Below are positions 33,885 to 45,800 of a DNA stretch of 64,000 nucleotides, one piece after another. The first letter of the stretch is position 1; the number at the start of each line of letters is the position of its first letter. The stretch is from Macrostomum hystrix. Lineage: Eukaryota; Animalia; Platyhelminthes. A program made the translations under genes and the position numbers. The stretch covers positions 8,494,001 through 8,558,000 of the forward strand of contig CATNEN010000001.1 of assembly GCA_950097015.1 (NCBI GenBank), given 5' to 3'. The notes beneath the pieces are model-generated. The model was not told the DNA's origin, did not search any database, and saw nothing but the letters and a program-made list of their open reading frames with translations.

Positions 33885-36800
33885 TTAAATGCCCGGACGG
33901 GCAATGGGCGGCCGACGAGAAATATCAGGCAGGCTGGAATCATCCCACTCCAGCTGCTGCTTCAACTGCGGCGGCGGCGCCGGCTGCTGCTGCTGAATCT
34001 GCTGTCCGTATCTTATCGCTTCAGTTCCGGTGACCATCTGAACAACGGCATTGTCATCGTCGAGTTCGTCCTCGGAGCTGGCAATCTGAGCCGAGCGTTG
34101 CATCAGCAGTCCCGAGGCTGTCATACCGTCGATGTCCTCTTCCTCGTCAGAGCAGCTGGAGCCGCCATCTAAGTTGAGCTCGTCTTCAACGTAGTCGTCA
34201 TCCTGAGCGTCGTCTTCGCTCCCAGAATCGGTCATGTTCTCCTTTGATGTTTTGTGTGAGGCGTTAGTTTTTGGTGTTATGGCCGGGGTGTTAGATCCGC
34301 TGGTTAATATTGATTGTGTGATTATAGACAGTTAGCCAGTTATCTGGATGAAGGCCTGTCTCTCGCACAAAATCGTCCCCGAGCTCGAATCTGCTGAGAA
34401 ATGTCTTTAAGGGTCCTCTCGTGAAATCTACACTCACGAGGTACAGTGAGAGTGTACACTGCCTGACGATGAGAAAGTCAGGGCAGATGTACACACCTGT
34501 GTGCTCAGGAGTCAGTGGAATGGGCAGAATTGGCTCCTCTCTGGCTGTGGGTCTAGTGTCACCAAATGATGTGTCATTGCCCACAGCCCTCCAACAATGA
34601 AATCATTATCTACTAGAAGTTTTGTTCAATTTACTCATCATAAATTTCATTATTATAAATAACAGTTCAAGCCAATCTAAACGAAAGTTTTTTTTAACTA
34701 AAACATGCAAATTGAAATAGTTATTTTTTGTTAAAATCAAATCTATTAGAGTGGGCACAGAAATTGATAATAATCGATCGTAAACCGTTATTTTATTAGC
34801 TGTAGTTTTTGAAGATTTTTAGAGTTTTCGAAAAACGTGTTTTTTATCCTCATTAGTTTGAGTAAGTTAATTAGGTAAATTTTCTGCTCTTTGTTGATGC
34901 ATCAGCCGCTGTTTCTTCGTCAGATTTGAAATCGTCCTGTTCAAACAAATAAAAATAAATTTAAAATTGAAATAAATTTGAATAAAAAGAAAATACACCT
35001 AGTACAGGTGGACCATACGAACAGCCAATGGACTGTGTACGGCTGTTCAGTCCATGGACTGATGCTTATTTGAAATCTTATTTGAATCTTATTTGAAATA
35101 CCTCCGTGTTTTTTCTACTGTTACGGGCCACTGTTTACACTGCCTGACGATTATAAATAATATTAACAGCCGACTCACCTCATTGTCCAGGGGATTGACA
35201 GTGATATTTAGCGCCGAATTATCCCATTCCATTTCGGCCTGAGATTCGGCATCAACTGGCAAAACTTTGGCACCATTCGGTCCGGATGCTCTGCCGGCGC
35301 CGGCGCCGCTGAGGAAGCTGTCAGATCGCAGAGACCGCCTGTAGCGCAGGTACATGAGACCCAGTGCTACTAACAGTAGTGCTGCAGTAGCCAAACCAAT
35401 TATAATGGGTGCAATTGGCGCGGCATCGACTGACAGGCGCCGGTCTGCAACAGCCTGTTCTACCAGTCTATCGCTACTAGCACCAGCTCGGTGACTCTCG
35501 GCCATGTGCCCATGCGGCGAACTGGCCGGGTTGCGATCTAGACCGACACCAGGATGTAGCCGACTATATGATGGCAGTTTAACAATATCGGATGCCGCAG
35601 ACGAATCCATAGCAGGCTTGGAGTCTGGTAGCTGCTTCTTAACGGTGTGCTTAGCAACTGCTGGATGCAGAACTGATAACTGGAGAAAATTTGGGCAGGA
35701 TAGGATATTGTGAGTCAGAGGATTTCAATATAGCCGAGCTAGCGAGCGATCGAACAATTTTCTCCCATTCCTCGGGTCTAGCTCATTGGACACCGACACA
35801 CTGTACAGTGTACAGTGGACCATTTAGCATTCTCTACCCCCAATGCCTGCCTTATCGAGATTTCTGACTAACCCGCAGTCGACCAGCGGCCATAGATCGA
35901 CCTTCTTTTCTAAAAAGAAAGACACAGATTTGAAGGCTTGAATTGTGAAAGACAAATTTGGCTTCAAGCTAAAGGGCGAAAGCCTGTTTAGACAAGCTTC
36001 GTTTTTTCCTCTCTGTGCCTCTACAGTTGTTTCACCTGAACTGCACTTCACCTATGAACTTGCTCCCACTCGAAATACCTGCGTCTCTCTCATGCCGTTC
36101 CCTCCCTGCCTCTCAGTCTCCCTCCCTGCCTCCCACTGTCTCCCTCCCTGCCTCTATCAGTCTCCCTTCCTGTCTCTATCAATCTCTCTTCCTGCCTCTC
36201 ACTGTCTCCCTCCCTGCCTCTATCAGTCTCCCTTCCTGCCTCTCACTGTCTCCCTCCCAGCCTCTCACTGTCTCCCTCCCTGCCTCCCACTGTCTCCCTC
36301 CCTGCCTCCCACTGTCTCCCTCCCTGCCTCCCACTGTCTCCCTCCCTGCCTCTCACTGTCTCCCTCCCTGCCTCTCACTGTCTCCCTCATTGCCTCTCAC
36401 TGTCTCCCTCCCTGCCTCTCACTGTCTCCCTCCCTGCCTCTCACTGTCTCCCTCCCTGCCTCCCACAATCTACCTCCCTACCTCCCACTGTCTCCCTCCC
36501 TGCCTCTCACTGTCTCCCTCCCTGCCTCTCACTGTCTCCCTCCCTGCCTCGCACAATCTCCCTCCCTACCTCCCACTGTCTCCATCCCTGCCTCTATCAG
36601 TCTCCCTCCCTGCCTCTCACTGTCTCCCTCCCTGCCTCTCACTGTCTCCCTCCCTGCCTCTCACTGTCTCCCTCCCTGCCTCTCACGGTCTCCCTCCCTG
36701 CCTCTCACGGTCTCCCTCCCTGCCTCCCACTGTCTCCCTCCCTGCATCTCACTGTCTCCCTCCCTGCCTCTCACTGTCTCCCTCACTGCCTCTCACTGTC

Positions 36801-39800
36801 TCCCTCCCTGCCTCTCACTGTCTCCCTCCCTGCCTCTCACTGTCTCCCTCCCTGCCTCCCACAATCTACCTCCCTACCTCCCACTGTCTCCCTCCCTGCC
36901 TCTCACTGTCTCCCTCCCTGCCTCTCACTGTCTCCCTCCCTGCCTCTCACTGTCTCCCTCCCTGCCTCGCACAATCTCCCTCCCTACCTCCCACTGTCTC
37001 CATCCCTGCCTCTATCAGTCTCCCTCCCTGCCTCTCACTGTCTCCCTCCCTGCCTCTCACTGTCTCCCTCCCTGCCTCTCACGGTCTCCCTCCCTGCCTC
37101 TCACGGTCTCCCTCCCTGCCTCCCACTGTCTCCCTCCCTGCATCTCACTGTCTCCCTCCCTGCCTCTCACTGTCTCCCTCCCTGACTCTCACTGTCTCCC
37201 TCCCTGCCTCTCACTGTCTCCCTCCCTGCCTCTCACTGTCTCCCTCCCTGCCTCTCACTGTCTCCCTCCCTGCCTCCCACTGTCTCCCTCCCTGCCTCTA
37301 TCAGTCTCCCTCCCAGCCTCTCACTGTCTCCCTCCCTGCCTCTCACTGTCTCCCTCCCTGCCTCTCACTGTCTCCCTCCCTGCCTCTCACTGTCTCCCTC
37401 CCTGCCTCCCACTGTCTCCCTCCCTGCCTCTCACGGTCTCCCTCCCTGCCTCCCACTGTCTCCCTCCCTGCCTCTCACTGTCTCCCTCCCTGCCTCTCAC
37501 TGTCTCCCTCCCTGCCTCTCACTGTCTCCCTCCCTGCCTCTCACTGTCTCCCTCCCTGCCTCTCACTGTCTCCCTCCCTGCCTCTCACTGTCTCCCTCCC
37601 TGCCTCTCACTGTCTCCCTCCCTGCCTCCCACTGTCTCCCTCCCTGCCTCTCACTGTCTCCCTCCCTGCCTCCCACAATCTACCTCCCTACCTCCCACTG
37701 TCTCCCTCCCTGCTTCTCACTGTCTCCCTCCCTACCTCTCACTGTCTCCCTCCCTGCCTCCCACAATCTCCCTCCCTGCCTCTCACTGTCTCCCTCCCTG
37801 CCTCTCACGGTCTCCCTCCCTGCCTCCCACTGTCTCCCTCCCTGTCTCTCACTGTCTCCCTCCCTGCCTCCCACAATCTACCTCCCTACCTCCCACAATT
37901 TCCCTCCCTACCTCCCACTGTCTCCCTCCCTGCCTCTCACTGTCTCCCTCCCTGCCTCCCACAATCTCCCTCACTGCCTCTCACTGTCTCCCTCCCTGCC
38001 TCCCACAATCTCCCTCCCTGCCTCTATCAGTCTCCCTCCCTGCCTCTCACGGTCTCCCTCCCTGCCTCCCACAATCTCCCTCCCTACCTTCCACTGTCTC
38101 CCTCCCTGTCTCAATCAGTCTCCCTCCCTGTCTCAATCAGTCTCCCTCCCTGCCTCAATCAGTCTCCCTCCCTGCCTCAATCAGTCTCCCTCCCTGCCTC
38201 TCACTGTCTCTCTCCCTGGCTTCTGTGCCTGGAAGCCTTCCAGCTAATCTACAAAAGTACAATCAGTCAGGAACCATGCATTTAGTATATAGAGCTGTTC
38301 TATGATTGACGCTTCCGCTATCGATTTTTCTGTTCGGCCCAACTACAGCATGAGTCGTATAGACTCCACTCCCTGCCTGCCTGTCTATCTGTCTGTCTGT
38401 CCGTGCGCTTTCTAAGCTAAAGACCGAAAAAAAGTTGTATCACACAGATAGTGTTCTGTTGGTGGGATTAGGGATAGATTGGGTCGGGCAAGAGTTGCTG
38501 GGCGAAGCTAGTTTTATTTTTCTGCCGCAGGGAGTATGAAATGCTCCAACTCATATAGAGTTGGAAACTATAAAATTCGATTTCGTGTTCCACTTTAGGC
38601 TTGAAGCACTTATTTTAGTAGTTTATACTATAAGAGATAGATAGATTGCAAAGATACAAAATCTACTTTGGATTTCGATTCTTTCAGCGATAAATAAAAC
38701 TGAGACGGATATTTCTTTTTGGTCTTCTTTTAGTTAGGAGGACGAAGGAGTCAATTAAGCTTAGGTCTAGACCACTTTCGCTTAGCCACTGCATTTTTTT
38801 GTTGCAGTCCGAAAAGGCACTTAAAAATGGCTGTTCTATACTCTAAAAAACTTCATAGTCCAGGCAAAGAAAATTTAGGCCTTTAGCGAGAAATATTTAG
38901 AAGGCTCGGGAGAAGATAAAGAGGCAGGGAGGGAGATGCAGGGAGGGAGAGGCAGGGAGGGAGGCAGGGAGGGAGAGGCAGGGAGGGAGAGGCAGGGAGG
39001 GAGAGGCAGGGAGGGAGAGGCAGGGAGGGAGAGGCAGGGAGGGAGAGGCAGGGAGGGAGAGGCAGGGAGGGAGACAGAGATGCAGGGGAAGGACGCAGAG
39101 GCAGGGAGGGAGAGGCAGGGAGGGAGACAGATGCAGGGGAAGGACACAGGCAGGGAGGGAGGCAGGTAGAACTAGAGCAAACTCACCTTGATAGAGAACT
39201 CATTGCTAACAATGCGGCCGCCGGGAACGCTGCAGGTGAGCACAAAGACTCTGTAGCGAATAATGGGATTGCTATTGGTGTAGGTGACTCGAGACAGCAG
39301 ACGCTGGAAGACCTGAGTCGTTGCATAGCCTTCTAGCAGCAGTTCTCGCTGACTGACTCGGCCTTCGATGCCAAAGTCGCTAGCATCACCGGCTGGCCAG
39401 GAGATAGATTCGACAGCGGTGAAGTCTGGGCTAGTCCTGAGAACGCAGGCGTCGAGCTTGTTGATGTCGGTGGCGTTGGCATTGTCCGGGCCAGGAATCA
39501 GGGCAATCTCCAACTGGCTCATGAAAGCCACCCCTCCAGGACTGGCCAGCTCATCCGGCTGGAGGCGAATCAGATCCGGCCCGCTGATGCACAGCCGATC
39601 AGAAAGCAGCACAGACAGCGGCTGCGGCGGCTCCGTCAGCTCCACATTGATGGTGACAGGGCTGATGGCCACTGTTGTCTTGGGGTCGGTGCAGCTGTTC
39701 GGATGATTGAACAGATTTTAATATATTAGTCAATTTTCAAACTATAGTGCCATTTTTTTTAGATTCGATAAAAGCGTTAAGCACTATGGCCAAGAGATAG

Positions 39801-42800
39801 TTTTAACGATAAAGCGTTATTTCCTACGATACAATGCGATACGCCGTTTTACGATAAAGCTCTACAATAAGTGTCATCGCTTACAGTTAAGTGCTATTCT
39901 TGAAGATGAAGAATATTTTCCGACAAAAATCTGTCATTTTCTACGATAAAGTGCCATTTTCTACAAAAAGTGCTATTTTCTCCGATAAAGTGCCATTTCC
40001 TAGAATAAAATGTCATTTTCTACGATAACGTGCCATTTTCTTGACTAAAGTGCCATTTCCTACGATTAAGTGTCACTTCCAACGAAAAGTGTCATTTCTT
40101 ATGATAAAGTGCAATTTTCTTTAATAAAGTGCAATTTTCTTTAATAAAGTGCCATTTTCTTGGATAAAGTTGCAATTTCTACGATAAAGTGTCATTTTCT
40201 ATGATAAAGTGGTATTTTCTACGATAAAGTGCCATTTTCTGGGATAAAGTGCCATTTTCTTGAATAAAGTGCTATTTTCTGGGATAAAGAGCCATTTCCT
40301 AGAATAAAATGTCATTTTCGACGATAACGTGCCATTTTCTTGACTAAAGTGCCATTTCTAACGAAAAAGTGTCATTTCTTATGATAAAGTGCAATTTTCT
40401 TTAATAAAGTGCCATTTTCTTGGATAAAGTGCCAATTTCTACGATAGAGTTCCATTTCCTATGATATAGTGGTATTTTCTACGATAAAGTGGTATTTTCT
40501 ACGATAAAGTGCCATTTCCTACGATAAAGTGCCATTTCCTACGATAAAGTGCCATTTCCTACGATAAAGTGCCATTTTCTGGGATAAAGTGCCATTTTCT
40601 TGAATTAAGTACTATTTTATGGGATAAAGGGACATTTTCTTGAATAAAGTGCTATCTGGGATAAATTGCCATTTCCTACGACAAATTGCCATTTCCTACG
40701 ATAAAGTGCCATTTTCTGGGATAAAGTGCCATTTTCTTGAATTAAGTCCTATTTTCTGGGATAAAGGGACATTTTCTTGAATTAAGTGCTATTTTCTGGG
40801 ATAAAGTGCTATTTTCTACGACAAATTGCCATTTCCTACGATAAAGTGTCGTTTCCAACGAATGTGTCATTTTATACGAATAGGTGCCATTTCTAAGTAG
40901 AATGCAAACACGGCACAAGCAGGCACTCACGTGACAGTTGTGTCCAATCGAATGCTGCGCTTAACCGAGTCATCCAATCCAGCAGTTTTGCGCACAATCG
41001 TATAGCCGATGCTGTGCAACAATTTGGCCACCTCGCTGGCATTTCTACCCTTGACTTCAATCATGGTGTAGTCGGCATTTAGCGACACACTCATGCCTGG
41101 CTCCAGTTGGGTCATGGTTCTAAAGTCTAATTTCTCGTGGCAATGATTCAGACAGTGGATGACATTGTCGGATTCTAGATTGTTGCGCAGTAGGACCAGG
41201 CCGGCTAGCGAGCCCTTCAGGAATTGGCGATAGGCGCCGCTGGAACCGTGCCAGCAGGCTCCGATTGTCAGTCTGGTGGCAGCGTCAGGCGTGCGGTGCA
41301 TAGGATAGTCTTCTAGGATCTGCGCGTTGTTGAATAGACGAGATGCATGTGCCGATTATCACATCCTTATCCTTCTCTATCTAGTCTTATCTTTGGTTAT
41401 CCACTCCTTACCTTGACCTTTTATTAATTTTTAAAAGATTTTTAAAAGATTATAATAATTATCCACTCTTAATATTTAATTGTCCCTTCATTACGTCAAT
41501 TTATCCCAGTGTTCTGTTTAATTATCCCTTCCGAATGAATGCTAAATTATCCCATAATTTATTACTTATCCCCTTTTTGTTAACTTATCCCATCATTATA
41601 TTCAATTATCCCTTATTTGTTTTATTAATTCTTTTTGATTATCTTTCCCTCCCTAGTATGCCATAGCATCAGAAATTTCCCAATCCATGCCAGCTTAAGT
41701 CACTCACCTGGGGATTATTAGAGGTCGGAGTGAAAATCCTGCCGTCAATGTCAAGCTTGACCAGGCCGGCACTGTAAATGATAGCATAGTGATGCCAGTT
41801 TGAGTCGCAAATCTCAGCTAGACGGAACCGCCACTCGGCTGCGCTCAAACGACTGTCCGAGTCCTTCGAGTCGGCTGAAGCATCGGCTGGATGACCATAT
41901 TCCTGCCTGAGCAATAGGATCAGCTTGCAATTGTGCAGAAACACCGAATAGTGATGCCGATTGTGGCCTCGTTCATCGGCGCTGCACAGAATCTGTTCCT
42001 TAGCTGAATCCTTGGCCATTGGCCCGTGCCTGAGCCAGAAGTGCAGAGTGAATTGTTGGCCAAGCCGATGCGAACTCGGTACCACATCAGAGGGCACGTC
42101 CATGTAGTATTGAACGCCGTCAAAGCTGCGATGCTCCATCAGCTTCTGCTGCTGCTGCTGCTGTTGCTGTTTTTTTAGTTTGGCAGCGGCAATATCAGCG
42201 GCTTTGCAGCATTTGCAATCGGGTAGGACAGTGCTGCCGGATTTGGAGGCATAGTGAGGATTCAGCAGATCTACTGAGTCTGGTTGAACCTCTGGAATAT
42301 ATTAATTAAAGCATTTTCAGATTTTCTCACAAAAAATATACGAATATACCTACTCATAAGCTACTTACTTCGTTTATTTCAAGTCATTTTTAATTCTTAA
42401 CTAATTTTATTTCTGTCGCCTAGGGGGACAATTAACAAGTTTTAAGGAATTTGTCAACCTATAGGGAGATAATTTGCCACTTCAGCTGGGTAATTGATTT
42501 ACCACCCAAAAGGGGAATACTGTTCACCAAAGGGATATTGTAAAAGTGTTTGGGGAATTCGCTAACTTATTGGGAATAATTTTCCACCTGAGGAGAGATC
42601 ACTTGTTAAATCTGAGGAAGAAGTTAATTAGTGTAAGATAATTTATCTATCAGCTTAGGCCAACGGAATAAATGACAATTTTAAATCAAGAACCTGATTT
42701 TACACTCACGGCAAATGGCGCGCTGCTCGTACAGGCTCTCGATGCTGCGCTCGCAAACCTGATCCCAGGCCGACGACTGGACGGTGATTTTGACAACGGC

Positions 42801-45800
42801 CGAATTTTGTACGCACTGTCCGTTTGGCGCAGAAAGGACAGCCTTCGGAGCAAACATTTGCACACCGCTGGTAGCCGGGTAGACCAGCTTCTCGGGAACG
42901 TCTGTTGGACAATTTTACGGCGGGAAATAAATTAAAACATAATTTTTCATACAGACTACTGAAAAGGTCACATGACAGTAGTGTAGAGCGAAAGTTGACG
43001 AATTTAAATGATAATGGGGGCATTTTCTTGTCGACAGTTTTTTCAGAGACCGTCTACAGAAAGATGAGACAGGAGAGGGGTGAGATAAGTGAGAGATGAG
43101 GAATTAGAGAGGAGAGATGAGACAGGGGAGAGATTAGATAGGGGAGAGACGAGACAGGGGAGAGATAATACAGGGAAGAGATGATACAGGAGAGGGATGA
43201 GACAGGAGAGATGAGATGGGACTGGATTAATGGAGTCTGTGTGTCGACCGAACTCCACCAAAGGTTTTAAACCAGCTGCTGTAGTTAAAAAAATAAGATG
43301 AAAGGATTATGCCGAGCGAATCAAACAAAGTAAGGCACGAATAGTTTAGCACAAAATCATATAAACCTGATGGAACCTAATATATTCTAGACTAAATAAA
43401 AGACTAGGAACTTTCTTTGGGATGTACCTAAAAGTACATCCTGATAGACTCGTGACGCCTTTTGTATATACAACCGATTTGTTAGAATTAATCAGAATCC
43501 GACAAATGATTGACTGAATTTGTCTTGTCTATTTAGGAGAAGCTTTCAGAAAATCTACGAATCTGAATGATACCGATAAGTTTTCTGTCTGCGAGACAGC
43601 TGATGCACTTCATAGATTTTTCCATTTCCAGTACTGCTACTGCTGTGCGTGTGAGCTTGTAAACCAGAAAAGTTATCATAAAAATCAGGATTAAATTCCT
43701 GTTTTCCTAGAAAACATCGCGCCGCCTGAAGACGATGATGAAGGGAAGAGGGAAAAACGGTGCAGATGTTATTCCCATCATCAATTAATCTATATTTAAT
43801 CTTGTTTTAATTACCGTTTGTGCATTAACGCTTTTAAGAGAGGACGGACTAAGAAACGGACTTTCAAATCTATGCAAACATATCCTAATTATCATCAAAT
43901 TAACTTCTCAGATCCCAATTTTGAGGATAAACTTATATTTATTTTCAGGTTTCTGAATCCCAAGCAGGAATGCTTCCCAGATCCCAAACTTTCGCTAATC
44001 CCTGTGAAACAGACTTCCCAGATCCCAAAACTGTCGCTAATCCCTGAGAAACAGATTTCCCAGATTCCAAACTGTCGCTAATCCCTGAGAAACAGACTTC
44101 CCAGATCCCAAAACTGTCGCTAAATCCCAGTGACACAGACTTCCCAGATCCCAAAACTGTCGCTAATCCCTGAGAAACAGACTTCCCAGATCCCAAAACT
44201 GTCGCTAATCCCTGAGAAACAGATTTCCCAGATCCCAAAACTGTCGCTAATCCCTGAGAAACAGACTTCCCAGATCCCAAAACTGTCGCTAATCCCTGAG
44301 AAACAGACTTCCCAGATCCCAAAACTGTCGCTAAATCCCAGTGACACAGACTTCCCAGATCCCAAAACTGTCGCTAATCCCTGAGAAACAGACTTCCCAG
44401 ATCCCAAAACTGTCGCTAATCCCTGAGAAACAGATTTCCCAGATCCCAAAACTGTCGCTAATCCCTGAGAAACAGACTTCCCAGATCCCAAAACTGTCGC
44501 TAAATCCCTGAGAAACAGACTTCCCAGATCCCAAAACTGTCGCTAATCCCTGAGAAACAGACTTCCCAGATCCCAAAACTGTCGCTAATCCCTGAGAAAC
44601 AGATTTCCCAGATCCCAAAACTGTCGCTAATCCCTGAGAAACAGACTTCCCAGATCCCAAAACTGTCGCTAAATCCCAGTGACACAGACTTCCCAGATCC
44701 CAAAACTGTCGCTAATCCCTGAGAAACAGACTTCCCAGATCCCAAAACTGTCGCTAATCCCTGTGAAACAGACTTCCCAGATCCCAAAACTGTCGCTAAT
44801 CCCTGAGAAACAGACTTCCCAGATCCCAGAACTGTCGCTAATCCCTAAAAAAATACTTCCCAGATACCAAGACAAAAAATCAAAGAGCATATGCGTTAGA
44901 TGTACAGGTCCTAGTAGGATTTATCTATAAATAAAATCCAGTCATTTATGCATTAATTTCCGATTTATTTTAATTAAACTAGCTCCACCGACTGAATAAT
45001 CGCAGTCTGTGTGACTTGGAATTAAATGAAGATTGTACGACTAGATTAGAAATAAGTCACCCACTCAGGCCTGCAATGCCAGTGTCGGAGTAGGGAACAG
45101 GGATGGGATGAAATGGGATTGCAGTGCAATAAACATTTCTGTCTCCACTCTATGCGCTATCCAATGTCCTACCAACACGGGAGAAGTGAGTATATTTAGC
45201 CTATCTTATTATAGCTATACTAAGGCGAGTGATATATTGGTTGCTAGACAGGACGATGTTGAATATATCAACTACATCAATGTACGTTTGGAAAAGAAAT
45301 TTGAGTCCAATATGAGTCAGTACATGATTCATGCAAGGCTTAAAATAAATTATGACGAGATCTACGTAGAATTATGACTGCGCGTTGAAGTGAGCAAAGT
45401 ACGATTAAGGTCTAGTCGGCCTTATCTTATCGCCAAAAACCAGCTAAAATAGCTTTTAGGCATAGCATAATAATTTTTTCAACTTAAAGAATCCGAATGA
45501 CTACAATGCTAATTCTAAAATAGATGGAGGTAAAATAATAGATGGGTATAAAAATGACATAAAGATAAGAATTGAAACAGGGAAGAGATGAGACACTGGA
45601 AAGATAAGACACAGGAGAGATGAGACACGGGACAGATGAGACTGGGAGAGATGAGACAAAGGGGAGATGCGACACTGGAGAGAGATGAGACACTGGAGAG
45701 AGATGAGACAGGGAGAGATGATACTCGGAGAGATGAGAGATGAGACTGGGAGAGATGAGAGATGAGACTGGGAGAGATGAGATGAGACTGGGAGAGAGGA

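Noticed and set aside
35945-38305. 786-aa and 756-aa Pro/Ser/Leu ORFs
   Set aside because: Translations of a stop-free 22-bp minisatellite inside a calsyntenin intron.
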